A DNA stretch of 51,441 nt from Candidatus Fimenecus sp. (GTDB lineage Bacteria; Bacillota; Clostridia; Oscillospirales; Acutalibacteraceae), in NCBI GenBank assembly GCA_051881335.1, contig JBJEPR010000139.1, positions 1 through 51,441 on the forward strand. The letters are read 5' to 3'. Shown here in pieces: positions 1 through 8,967 of the stretch (position 1 is its first letter; every line of letters starts with the position of its first letter). A program made the translations under genes and the position numbers. Under the pieces are notes generated by a model that saw only the letters and a list, made by a program, of their open reading frames with translations, ran no database searches and was not told the DNA's origin.

Positions 1-79
1 GTAAGGGCAAATCCGCCACGAGAAACCGTGGTTCGGATGATTACCGTTACCCTAAATGCTCTCCCCCGAAAGCCGCAAA

Positions 80-814
80 TTACACCCCGCCGAACCGCCG
101 ATTGCGCTTTTCAAATTCGCGCAGCGCTTCGGTAAAATCTTCCTCCGTAAAATCCGGCCACAGAATATTGGAATACCAAAATTCCGAATACGCCGACTGC
201 CACAACAGGAAGTTCGACAAACGGTATTCTCCGCTCGGGCGGATAATCAAATCGGGATCGGGCAGACCGCCTGTATACAGGTGGTCGGAAATCATATCCT
301 CGGTGATGTCCGCCGCTTTGAGTTTGCCTGTTTCGACCTCTTTGGCAATCGCCTGCACGCTGTGCAAAATCTCCTGCCGCCCGCCGTAATTGATGGCGAT
401 ATTCAAAATCACATGGTCTTTTTTACGGGTGATGCGTTCGCTGTACCCCATCATTTTTAAAATATCCTTCGGAATCCCGCGGCGGTCGCCGATGAAATTG
501 ACCTTGATACCCTTTTCCTCGTTCTCCGCCTTGCGCTCGTCAAGCTCGCGCAGGTATTCGCGGAACAAATCCATAATCGCCGAAACTTCCTCGGGCGGGC
601 GCTTCCAGTTTTCGGTGGAAAACGCGTAAAAGGTCAAGCACTCAATGCCGAGGTCCCCTGCAAATTCGCCGATTTTCCGAAAGGTTTTTGCGCCCTCAAT
701 ATGCCCTTTATAGCGCGGCAAGCCCCGTTTTTGCGCCCAGCGGCCGTTGCCGTCCATAATAATGCCGACATGGCGCGGCAAAACGGAAAACTGCGGTAAA
801 TTCTCTTTCTCCAT
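80..814 (-). CDS. uppS: Undecaprenyl-diphosphate synthase (cis-prenyltransferase)
   Basis: 244-aa ORF with the HVGIIMDGNGRWA motif and a C-terminal RRFGG. It sits in the conserved pyrH-frr-uppS order. Confidence 0.95.
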   Translation of the reverse strand: MEKENLPQFSVLPRHVGIIMDGNGRWAQKRGLPRYKGHIEGAKTFRKIGEFAGDLGIECLTFYAFSTENWKRPPEEVSAIMDLFREYLRELDERKAENEEKGIKVNFIGDRRGIPKDILKMMGYSERITRKKDHVILNIAINYGGRQEILHSVQAIAKEVETGKLKAADITEDMISDHLYTGGLPDPDLIIRPSGEYRLSNFLLWQSAYSEFWYSNILWPDFTEEDFTEALREFEKRNRRFGGV

Positions 815-829
815 AGCGTTCCTCGGGCG

Positions 830-1384
830 TTAAATCGCCATAATGTCTTTTTCCTTTTCCTCGACCATTTCATCAATGCGCTTGATGAATTTGTCGGTGA
901 TTTTCTGCATTTTTTCCTCGCCGTTATGCAAATCGTCCTCGGTGATTTCACTGTCTTTTTTCATTTTTTTGAGTTTGTCGATACAGTCGCGGCGAATGGA
1001 ACGCACGGCCACTTTCGCTTCCTCGCCGTATTTGCTGACATCTTTGGCAAGTGCTTTTCTTTTCTCCTCCGTCAGCGGCGGGAAAATCAAGCGAATGACT
1101 TTGCCGTCATCCTGTGGATTGACGCCGAGGTCGGACGCCTGAATGGCTTTTTCAATGGTGGAAATGGTGCTGACATCCCACGGCTGAATGACCAAAATTC
1201 TGCCCTCGGAAACGGAAACCGCCGCCATTTGCTGTACGGGTGTGGGCACGCCGTAATAATCCACGCTCACCTTGTCAAGCAATGATGCGCTTGCACGCCC
1301 TGCGCGCATAGTTGCAAATTCGTTGTGCAACGCCGTCAGGCTCTTTTCCATTTTTTCATTTGCGAAATCAAATACCTCTTGCAT
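830..1384 (-). CDS. frr: Ribosome recycling factor
   Basis: Full-length Frr-like sequence (ATMRAGRAS..LLD.V.VDYYG, LGVNP..DG..IRL.FPPLTEE.R). I chose the ATG at 1384 because AGGAGG lies 7 nt upstream; the track start at 1408 is a TTG inside the upstream spacer. Confidence 0.95.
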   Translation of the reverse strand: MQEVFDFANEKMEKSLTALHNEFATMRAGRASASLLDKVSVDYYGVPTPVQQMAAVSVSEGRILVIQPWDVSTISTIEKAIQASDLGVNPQDDGKVIRLIFPPLTEEKRKALAKDVSKYGEEAKVAVRSIRRDCIDKLKKMKKDSEITEDDLHNGEEKMQKITDKFIKRIDEMVEEKEKDIMAI

Positions 1385-1420
1385 AAAGTACGCCTCCTGT
1401 AATTGCAATATATTTCAGAA

Positions 1421-2125
1421 TTATTTTACGACAGTACCGATATTCTCGCCCTTTGCCGCCCGCACGATATTTTCGGGGTCGGAAAGGTTGAAGACCAAAA
1501 TCGGAATGTTGTTGTCGCGGCAAAGCGATGCCGCCGTGGAATCCATTACCGCAAGTCCTTTTGCAAGCACCTCGGTGTGCGACAGCGTATCGTACTTCAC
1601 GGCATCGGCGTATTTGTTCGGGTCTTTGTCATACACGCCGTCCACATTGGTGGCCTTAAAGATAATGTCCGCATCGATTTCCGCCGCGCGCAATGCCGCC
1701 GCCGTATCGGTCGAGAAGAATGGGTTGCCCGTGCCGCAACCGAAAATCACCACTCTGCCTTTTTCGAGGTGACGAATGGCTTTGTTGCGGATATACGGTT
1801 CTGCAATCTGGCGCATTTCAATCGCCGTTTGCACACGCACCTCTAAGCCGTATTGCTCCAGCGCGTCGGCAAGCGCCAAGGAGTTCATTGCCGTGGCAAG
1901 CATACCGATATGGTCGGCACGCGTACGGTCCATATTGCCCGAGCTTCTGCCGCGCCAAAAGTTACCGCCGCCGACCACAAGCCCGATTTGCACGCCGAGC
2001 TTTGCGCATTCATTTACCCATTTGCAGGTCTCCTGCACGGTGTTAAAATCAATGCCGTGCCCCTGCTTGCCGGCGAGCACTTCGCCGGACAATTTTAACA
2101 GTATGCGTTTATAAACCGCTTCCAT
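1421..2125 (-). CDS. pyrH: UMP kinase
   Basis: 234-aa ORF with [11 protein letters not shown] at the N-terminus and the amino-acid-kinase fold motif [19 protein letters not shown] precedes the ATG. Confidence 0.95.
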   Translation of the reverse strand: MEAVYKRILLKLSGEVLAGKQGHGIDFNTVQETCKWVNECAKLGVQIGLVVGGGNFWRGRSSGNMDRTRADHIGMLATAMNSLALADALEQYGLEVRVQTAIEMRQIAEPYIRNKAIRHLEKGRVVIFGCGTGNPFFSTDTAAALRAAEIDADIIFKATNVDGVYDKDPNKYADAVKYDTLSHTEVLAKGLAVMDSTAASLCRDNNIPILVFNLSDPENIVRAAKGENIGTVVK

Positions 2126-2252
2126 AGCTTTCCTCCAAAACGCGTCTGCAAACTGAATTGCAAACGGTATTCTTTATCCCTATTATTTTACAGTAAAAAA
2201 GACATCGTGTAAAGAGATTTTTTTGCCGAAAGACAGTTTCTGTCGTCTGATG

Positions 2253-2281
2253 TTGACGAAACACAAAAAAAAGTATATAAT
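2253..2281 (+). promoter_or_regulatory. Sigma-70-type promoter candidate for the kinase gene
   Basis: TTGACG (2253-2258), a 17-nt spacer, then TATAAT (2276-2281), about 90 nt upstream of the ATG at 2371. Confidence 0.5.
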
Positions 2282-2370
2282 AGTTAAACTTGACACGCGC
2301 GGCGGCAAGTTTTGGCCGTCCGTGCCGAAAACAAATCGAACGGAAAGGCGTGTTCTTTTTGGAAACAGCG

Positions 2371-3471
2371 ATGTTTGACATAGAGTTTCTGCAAAGCCAT
2401 TTCAATTTACAGGGCACTTACCAATCTTATAAAACCTTAAATGACGGGCATATCAATTCTACTTTTGTGGTCGAATTCGCCGACGAAAACGGCGGCACAC
2501 ACAGCTATGTTGTGCAAAAAATCAACACCAATATTTTTACGGACCCCGACGCGTTAATGGGAAATATTGTCGGTGTAACGACCTTTTTACAGAAAAAAAT
2601 CGCCGCACGCGGCGGTAATGTGCAACGCGAAACGCTCAATTTCCTGCCTGCCGCCGACGGCAAATACTATGCCGAGGACGAAAACGGCAGCTGCTGGCGT
2701 TGTTATCACCACATCGGCGAAGTGTATACCTGCAACAATATTGACAGCGAAGAGGTCTTTTATAACGCGGGCACGGCGTTCGGCGCATTTCAGCAGGCGC
2801 TTGCCGATTACCCGAGTGAAACGCTCGCGGAGACCATTCCGAATTTTCATAACACCTATTCGCGCTTTTTAGATTTCAAACAGGCGGTGGCAGACAACCT
2901 CTCCGGTCGGCGTGACAATGTGCAGGACGAAATTCAGTTTATTCTCGACCGCGAGGCGGATACGCACATATTGCTCGATTTGATTGACCAGGACGAGTTG
3001 CCGCTGCGCGTGACACACAACGACACAAAGCTCAACAACATTTTGTTTGACAACAAGACCAATCAGGGCATTTGCATTATTGATTTGGACACGGTTATGC
3101 CCGGACTTGCGCTTTACGATTTCGGGGACAGCATTCGCTTCGGCGCAAACACCGCAAGCGAGGATGAAAAAGATGTTTCCAAGGTTTCGTTAAGCCTGCC
3201 GCTTTACAAAGCCTATACCGAAGGGTATTTACATACGGCAAAAGACAGCCTTTGGGCAAAGGAAATCGAATACCTGCCGTTTTCGGCAAAACTGATGACG
3301 CTCGAATGCGGGATGCGCTTTTTGGCGGACTATTTAAACGGCGACACCTATTTTAAAACCGCATACCCCGAGCACAATTTGGTGCGTTGCCGCACACAGT
3401 TAGCACTTGTATCCGATATGGAACGCAAAATGGAAGAAATGCAAAACATCACTGCCGACGCGGCGAAATAA
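2371..3471 (+). CDS. nahK: N-acetylhexosamine 1-kinase-like phosphotransferase (APH/choline-kinase fold)
   Basis: Collinear resemblance, from memory, to Bifidobacterium NahK/LnpB: DGHINSTF, LPLRVTHNDTKLNNIL.D, IIDLDT.MPG...DFGDSIRFGA.TA.EDEKD.SKV, ECGMRFLADYL.GD.YF...YPEHNLVR.RTQ. I used the internal ATG at 2371; the track start at 2290 is an upstream TTG. Confidence 0.8.
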   Translation: MFDIEFLQSHFNLQGTYQSYKTLNDGHINSTFVVEFADENGGTHSYVVQKINTNIFTDPDALMGNIVGVTTFLQKKIAARGGNVQRETLNFLPAADGKYYAEDENGSCWRCYHHIGEVYTCNNIDSEEVFYNAGTAFGAFQQALADYPSETLAETIPNFHNTYSRFLDFKQAVADNLSGRRDNVQDEIQFILDREADTHILLDLIDQDELPLRVTHNDTKLNNILFDNKTNQGICIIDLDTVMPGLALYDFGDSIRFGANTASEDEKDVSKVSLSLPLYKAYTEGYLHTAKDSLWAKEIEYLPFSAKLMTLECGMRFLADYLNGDTYFKTAYPEHNLVRCRTQLALVSDMERKMEEMQNITADAAK

Positions 3472-3493
3472 AATTTTCTCCCAAAATAAATTT

Positions 3494-3525
3494 ACGGGAC
3501 TGTCAAAAGACAGTCCCGTTTTTTG
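3494..3525. terminator. Bidirectional rho-independent terminator between convergent genes
   Basis: ACGGGACTGTC-aaaa-GACAGTCCCGT hairpin followed by TTTTTTGT. Confidence 0.7.
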
Positions 3526-3546
3526 TATGTGTATGGGCAATCCGTT

Positions 3547-5322
3547 TTACTGCATTGCCGAAACTTCGATAATCTCGCCCTCTGCGTCGGCCTTGACGGT
3601 AAAGGTTGCCGTACTGCCGACATTCAACAGTACCACTTTTTCAGCATTGGCAACAGAGACCTTATAAAATGCCGTGTCGCCGTCCAAACGGATATAGAAA
3701 TAGGTTTCACCGCCCGTCACCACGGAACGGATTTCCGCGACGGTACCGCTGACTTCTTTCGTTACGGGCACTTCAACATTCTCCGTCTTTTCCTCGCCCA
3801 TTTCGCTGACATCAATATCCACATTCACGCCGTTGCGTGCAAGCTCTGCGGCGTAATTTTCGGTGCATTCCGTCAGATTGTAGCCGGTTGCCACAATCGT
3901 GGACTGCTTCACATTGACCATCGCGTACATTTTCACATATTCGCTTGAATCCTTCAGCGCCATAAAGTAGGTTGGCTCGCCGCTGATATTCAACAGCAAC
4001 GGGAAAGTTGCACGATAGGCATATTGCTGTACCGCGCCCTGTGCAGATGCTTGTGCCGCCGATTCCAACGCACCGGACATTGCATAATACTTGGTTTCCT
4101 TGGTACGCTGATTTAACAGAACAAACCCGATAATCGACTGGTCGGAGCTGATAGAGGTCACGCCCGTATACATATACACATCGTCATTGAGCGCCAAATA
4201 GTTATAGCCGGAACTGGTAACCTTTACGCCTTCCTGCCCCAAAATGGAGTTGATAAAGCCGCCCGACAGTTTGCCGTAATAATTATACTGCGCGTCCAAA
4301 ATGTTCGCCGTATATACGCGGTCGAGCCACTGCCATTCTGCATCTGTCACAAAATTGTCTGTGTCAAGCTTCGTCTCACCCGTAAGGGAAGTGGAAACCA
4401 GCACCGATTCACCCGTCACCGCGTTGACGACCGCCGCGCCGATAACATCTGTACCACCGAACAGACCGATGGTTTTGTCGAGCACCGGCACAACCCAATA
4501 CGGATTGCCGTCTTCGTCGATTTCAAAGCTCGGCGAATCAAACATCAGCGTCGGATATTGGAAACGCAAATGGCGCATCAAGTAGCGGTTAAAATGCTCC
4601 GAGGGGCTGTATCGCATGCCGTTTTCCAAGCGAATGGCTTCGCCCTCTTGGGTGGTCATATCCACAATAATATAGGCAGGCAAGCCCTCTTTGGTGTTTT
4701 TCAGCCACTTAATCACATCGCCGTAGGCGAGCGGCGTGACGCGCACAGGTCTGCCCTGATAGTTGATTTGCGTGGAATACGAGGAAACCACAAACTGCGA
4801 AACATAGTCGGACAAATTGCCCAGCGTACGGGTTGCGATATTGGTTGCAGACGCCTCGTCCAGCCGCGGCACGCTCGAAAAGTCGATTTCCGCCACATCT
4901 TCGGCAAAATCGCCCTCTTCCACAGTAATCAGCTTGCTGTAAGACTGCGCACGGAAAAAGGTCGCGCCGCAAAGGTAGCCGACCACGCCCACCACCGCAA
5001 GCACCGCCACAAGAATAATCGGCACACGCGCACGCTTGCGTACATACGGTCCGTATTCGGGCTGTGTGGGAAGTTTGACGGAGAGTACCGTCAGCACCAA
5101 GTAAATAAACAGCACAAACGCAATGTACAAATACAGTTCAACCGCTTTGAAGTTGAGTGCCGGTAACATCAAATAGTAAAGCACCGCGCCCAAAATTCCG
5201 GTTAAAATGATATTGATTGCAATTTTTCGACCGGCGTGCTCGGGCGGAATGAAAATATCCGCGACTGTGCTTTTGCCGTCGTCCTTTTTGCCGCCTGTGA
5301 AATCCACATTGATAGGCTCCAA
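3547..5322 (-). CDS. Conserved membrane protein of unknown function with a large extracytoplasmic domain
   Basis: 591-aa ORF. Four predicted N-terminal TM helices are followed by a soluble domain of about 440 aa. I did not recognise a family signature. Confidence 0.75.
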   Translation of the reverse strand: MEPINVDFTGGKKDDGKSTVADIFIPPEHAGRKIAINIILTGILGAVLYYLMLPALNFKAVELYLYIAFVLFIYLVLTVLSVKLPTQPEYGPYVRKRARVPIILVAVLAVVGVVGYLCGATFFRAQSYSKLITVEEGDFAEDVAEIDFSSVPRLDEASATNIATRTLGNLSDYVSQFVVSSYSTQINYQGRPVRVTPLAYGDVIKWLKNTKEGLPAYIIVDMTTQEGEAIRLENGMRYSPSEHFNRYLMRHLRFQYPTLMFDSPSFEIDEDGNPYWVVPVLDKTIGLFGGTDVIGAAVVNAVTGESVLVSTSLTGETKLDTDNFVTDAEWQWLDRVYTANILDAQYNYYGKLSGGFINSILGQEGVKVTSSGYNYLALNDDVYMYTGVTSISSDQSIIGFVLLNQRTKETKYYAMSGALESAAQASAQGAVQQYAYRATFPLLLNISGEPTYFMALKDSSEYVKMYAMVNVKQSTIVATGYNLTECTENYAAELARNGVNVDIDVSEMGEEKTENVEVPVTKEVSGTVAEIRSVVTGGETYFYIRLDGDTAFYKVSVANAEKVVLLNVGSTATFTVKADAEGEIIEVSAMQ

Positions 5323-5434
5323 AACAACACTTCCTTTATTAAATACTCAGAAACAAAGTTCTGTGTTCAGTATAATATATTCTACGGCAATTTGCAAGGG
5401 CTTAAACAAGATATAAAGGGCATATAAAGGTGGC

Positions 5435-5470
5435 AAAAAACGGATACCGCGTAAAGCAGTATCCGTTTTT
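5435..5470 (-). terminator. Rho-independent terminator after the small-ORF operon
   Basis: ACGGATAC / GTATCCGT stem flanked by an A-run and a T-run, about 10 nt after the stop at 5477. Confidence 0.6.
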
Positions 5471-5476
5471 CCTTTT

Positions 5477-5923
5477 CTAAGACATAATGTAAAGCAACGC
5501 CATCATCAGCGCCTCATCCGCACCCTCGGATTTCAACAGTAGCAACAGCGAAAACAAAATCGCTTCGTCCGGCTCCTGCAAAACGGTATCCAACAAATTG
5601 GCTTTGTGTTTTTGCTCGGCCTGTTGCTTCGTTTTTTCTGTTTCGGGTGCAAAATGCTCCTTGAAGCTCGGGTAAACCAAGTCCCGTTCCTCCGGCAAAT
5701 TCAGCGGCATTTTGATACGCCCGCTTTTGTGCGGCGGACTTTGCGGCGGTGCCTCCCTTTGCGGGGTAGCGCTTGATATGCCGCTGTGCGCGGTATTGTC
5801 ACCTGCCAATCCCTGCGCGTTTGTACCCTCTACCGCGCTTTTGGAATACATCTGCATATTGCGCACGCGTTCCAGCGCCTTTTCCTGCATTTGCTGTAAT
5901 TCGTCATAGGTGTATTCGCGCAT
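5477..5923 (-). CDS. Hypothetical protein (148 aa, Gln/Glu/Pro-rich centre, hydrophobic C-terminus)
   Basis: ORF packed 1 nt from the upstream gene's stop and followed by a terminator. No recognisable domain. Confidence 0.6.
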   Translation of the reverse strand: MREYTYDELQQMQEKALERVRNMQMYSKSAVEGTNAQGLAGDNTAHSGISSATPQREAPPQSPPHKSGRIKMPLNLPEERDLVYPSFKEHFAPETEKTKQQAEQKHKANLLDTVLQEPDEAILFSLLLLLKSEGADEALMMALLYIMS

Positions 5924-5924
5924 A

Positions 5925-6272
5925 TCAAAACAGTCCTTTCAGCAGCGGCAAAGCGTCCATCAACCGCAAAAAGCGCATCGCCTCATCCGCACGCTGGCGC
6001 CGTTCTTCGGAAAGCAAGGGCTTTAAGGCGGCAATAAATTTGGTGCGGTCGTCCTCTTGGTTTAACGCTTTGGCAACGGTGGTCAGCATTTTCGCCGTAT
6101 CCCCGCCGAACAGAGATGCAATCCCGTCTAAGGACGCGTCGGATTTTTCTTTTTTCGGCGGCGCATCGTTTGTTTTTTCGCTGTTCGAGGAAATCAAGCT
6201 TTGCGCCACGCCCTTTAAGCGCTCCAATTCCTCGGGACTGACCGAGGAAAGCAATTCACTGATGCTGTCCAT
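5925..6272 (-). CDS. Hypothetical protein (115 aa)
   Basis: ORF overlaps the upstream gene by 17 nt and abuts the downstream gene. The C-terminal motif LKPLLSEERRQRADEAMRFLRLMDALPLL looks like a conserved helical segment. Confidence 0.6.
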   Translation of the reverse strand: MDSISELLSSVSPEELERLKGVAQSLISSNSEKTNDAPPKKEKSDASLDGIASLFGGDTAKMLTTVAKALNQEDDRTKFIAALKPLLSEERRQRADEAMRFLRLMDALPLLKGLF

Positions 6273-6480
6273 TGTCTTCCCCCATCAATTTTTTCAAAAG
6301 GCTTTGCGCCTGCGGCGTAGAAAGCAGCTCGCGCGCGGCGTTCTCGTCGTGGAGCACCTTTTCGAGTTTTTCACTCTGCGCGGGGGAAAGCTGTTCTTTC
6401 AAATAGTCCTCCGCTTCTTTTTTCGTGCTTTTTTTACGCAATTCCGAAACCATTTTGTCCAAAAAACCGTTATCCTGCAT
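6256..6480 (-). CDS. Hypothetical protein (74 aa, helical, Lys/Glu-rich)
   Basis: ATG at 6480 is preceded by GAGGTG plus 6 nt. The track start at 6489 is the GTG inside that RBS. Confidence 0.55.
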   Translation of the reverse strand: MQDNGFLDKMVSELRKKSTKKEAEDYLKEQLSPAQSEKLEKVLHDENAARELLSTPQAQSLLKKLMGEDNGQHQ

Positions 6481-6539
6481 TGCAAACACCTCGTAAATTT
6501 GATATACTTATTTTACAGTATGAAAACGAGGCGTAAAAT

Positions 6540-7010
6540 ATGATTCGCTTGTTAATTCTTTCGGATGCGCACCGCGATTATCTCTCCCTTGCGGCGGCAA
6601 TCCGAATGCACCCAGAGGCAGACGCGGTGTTTTTCCTAGGAGACGGAGAAGACGATTTTTACACCAATACGGTCTCCAAGGAATTGGCCAATAAAAAAGT
6701 AACCGCAGTCTGCGGGAACTGTGATTTGTACTCCACCTTGCCGAAAGAGGAGCTTGTGCTTTTGGGCGGCAAGCGGATTTTTGCTCTGCACGGGCACACG
6801 CGGCAAGTCAAATACGGCTTGCAAATGTTAGAGGAAGCCGCAAAAGAAAAACAGGCGGATTTGGTGCTGTACGGGCACACGCATATTCCGAAAGTGGACT
6901 ACATTAACGGCATTTATTATTTGTGTCCTGGCAGTATTCGGCAGGGCGCTTACGGGCTTGCCGACATTACGGACAACGGCGAAATTGCCTGTTGGACGGC
7001 GAATTTATAA
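6540..7010 (+). CDS. YfcE/MJ0936-family metallophosphoesterase
   Basis: Calcineurin-like phosphoesterase motifs in order: LSDAH, GDGED, GNCD, HGH, GHTH. Confidence 0.9.
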   Translation: MIRLLILSDAHRDYLSLAAAIRMHPEADAVFFLGDGEDDFYTNTVSKELANKKVTAVCGNCDLYSTLPKEELVLLGGKRIFALHGHTRQVKYGLQMLEEAAKEKQADLVLYGHTHIPKVDYINGIYYLCPGSIRQGAYGLADITDNGEIACWTANL

Positions 7011-7028
7011 AGTGGGGTGTTTTGTGAT

Positions 7029-8198
7029 ATGCTGATTTTTAAAAATGTGCAGGTCATCGGCGAAAAGGAAATTTTCTCCGCCGAGGTAGCGGTGGAGAAC
7101 GGCAAAATCATCGAAATCGCCGAAAAAATTGACGCGCCCGCCACAGCCGAGGTGATAGACGGCGGCGGCCAATACCTTTCGCCGGGATTTATCGATTTGC
7201 ATGTGCACGGCGGCGGCGGATATTCCGCAATGGGCGGAAAAGACGCCGTAGTGAAAATGTGCGAGGCGCACGCGAAATACGGCACGACCTCGATTTTGCC
7301 GACGACGCTCGCTGCGCCGATTGCACAACTGAAAACAGCCATTGACGGCATTCGCGCGGCGCAAAGCGCAACGGAAAATGTGCATATTCTCGGTGTGCAT
7401 TTGGAAGGCCCGTTTTTGTCGCCGCATATGTGCGGCGCGCAAAGTCCCGAAAATATTTTAGTCCCCGCCGAGCACGATTACGAAGATTTACTATCCTACT
7501 GGGACGGCATCAAAATCGTCGGTGCGGCACCCGAAACCGACGGCGGCCTGGTGCTCGGCAAAGCCATTCGTGCGCACGGTACTGTCGCTTCGGTTGCGCA
7601 CTCCACGGCAGATTACGATATGGCGCAGACCGCGTTTCAAAACGGGTACAGCGATGTGACGCATTTATATAACGCCTGCACCTCCTGTCACAAGGTCGGC
7701 GTGTTCCGCCACGCGGGAACGGTAGAGGCGGCGTTAGTTAATGACAATGTCACCACACAGGTCATTGCGGATTTACGGCATCAGCCGGCGGGGGTGTTAA
7801 AACTCATATACAAATGCAAGGGTGCGGACAAAATGTACCTCATCACCGACGGGCTGGAATACGCCGCGATGGACATACGCGAGGGAGAGGAATTCACCCA
7901 GGAAAACGGTATGTCCGTGGTGTACGAAAACGGCGTGATGCTCCTCTCTGACCGTTCCTGCCTTGCGGGGTCGGTTGCGACCTGCGACAAGCTGGTGCGC
8001 AACCTTTACAAAACCGTCGGGTTACCGCTCGTGGACTGCGTGAAAATGGCAAGTCTCACACCCGCACGCGTCATCGGTGCGGACAGTCACACCGGCAAAA
8101 TCGCGGTTGGGTATGACGCGGATTTGCTGTTGTTTGACGATAACATCACCCTTTCTGCCGTATTCGTGAACGGTCGCCGAATCACACCGAAGCGGTAA
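7029..8198 (+). CDS. nagA: N-acetylglucosamine-6-phosphate deacetylase
   Basis: Amidohydrolase/NagA motifs GFIDLHVHGGGGY, HLEGPFLS, THLYNA, LAGS and GYDADL. Confidence 0.9.
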   Translation: MLIFKNVQVIGEKEIFSAEVAVENGKIIEIAEKIDAPATAEVIDGGGQYLSPGFIDLHVHGGGGYSAMGGKDAVVKMCEAHAKYGTTSILPTTLAAPIAQLKTAIDGIRAAQSATENVHILGVHLEGPFLSPHMCGAQSPENILVPAEHDYEDLLSYWDGIKIVGAAPETDGGLVLGKAIRAHGTVASVAHSTADYDMAQTAFQNGYSDVTHLYNACTSCHKVGVFRHAGTVEAALVNDNVTTQVIADLRHQPAGVLKLIYKCKGADKMYLITDGLEYAAMDIREGEEFTQENGMSVVYENGVMLLSDRSCLAGSVATCDKLVRNLYKTVGLPLVDCVKMASLTPARVIGADSHTGKIAVGYDADLLLFDDNITLSAVFVNGRRITPKR

Positions 8199-8353
8199 AT
8201 TGGGGTTTGTACGCGTAGTGGCGGGTTATTCCCCTGACAGGGGAAATGTCCGCGAATGCGGACAAAAGGGTGCCCGTTTTCGGAGAAAATCCACGCCCGC
8301 CCGTGAATTTCGATATCATTTTGCGGAACGGTCAAGACCGTTCCCTACGCATT

Positions 8354-8440
8354 GTCATTCTGAGCCGTTAGGCGAAGAATCTCGTTGCGTGCAAGGTTTA
8401 CTTTTTGCTATTGGCGATCCTTCGCTTTGCTCAGGATGAC
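8354..8440 (+). repeat. 87-nt palindromic intergenic element, copy A
   Basis: Left end GTCATTCTGAGCCGTTAGGCGAAGAATCTC and right end GCGATCCTTCGCTTTGCTCAGGATGAC form inverted arms. Same length and ends as copies at 12476-12562 and 48731-48817. Confidence 0.8.
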
Positions 8441-8500
8441 AAATTACCCCTACAAATCCCAATTTATCTTTTTTAATACAGAAAAAATACCACCATAAAC

Positions 8501-8536
8501 ACAAAAACACCCTGCCGCAAAACGGCAGGGTGTTTT
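8501..8536 (-). terminator. Rho-independent terminator of the rplJL transcript
   Basis: CACCCTGCCG-caaaa-CGGCAGGGTG stem with a U-run on the minus strand, 20 nt after the rplL stop. Confidence 0.75.
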
Positions 8537-8553
8537 CGATGTAAAAGACAAAC

Positions 8554-8931
8554 TTATTTGAGTTCGACTTTTGCGCCGACTTCTTCGAGCTTTGCTTTTG
8601 CAGCTTCTGCTTCTTCTTTCGGCATAGCTTCTTTAAGGGTTTTGGGAGCGCCGTCAACGAGAGCCTTTGCTTCGCCGAGGCCAAGGCCGGTGATTTCACG
8701 GACAGCCTTGATAACCTTAATTTTTTCTGCGCCGACTTCTGCAAGAACAACATCAAATTCGGTCTTTTCTTCAGCTGCTGCCGCGCCGCCTTCTGCGGGA
8801 GCTGCAACTGCGACTGCCGCTGCTGCGGAGACGCCGAATTCTTCTTCTACTGCGTGCACGAGCTCGGAAAGCTCAAGAACGGACATTGCTTTGATTTCTT
8901 CAAGCAATGCGGTAACTTTTTCAGATGCCAT
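8554..8931 (-). CDS. rplL: 50S ribosomal protein L7/L12
   Basis: [23 protein letters not shown]-terminus, Ala-rich hinge, C-terminal [26 protein letters not shown] before the ATG at 8931. Confidence 0.97.
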   Translation of the reverse strand: MASEKVTALLEEIKAMSVLELSELVHAVEEEFGVSAAAAVAVAAPAEGGAAAAEEKTEFDVVLAEVGAEKIKVIKAVREITGLGLGEAKALVDGAPKTLKEAMPKEEAEAAKAKLEEVGAKVELK

Positions 8932-8967
8932 TGTATTTTCCTCCAATATTTTGATAGTTGTTAAAGA

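Noticed and set aside
1-79. Possible 5' end of cdsA downstream of uppS on the minus strand.
   Set aside because: The position is right and a purine-rich GGGGGAGAG is present. However, I find no canonical start codon at a sensible distance, and only about 20 codons would be visible. That is too little to call.
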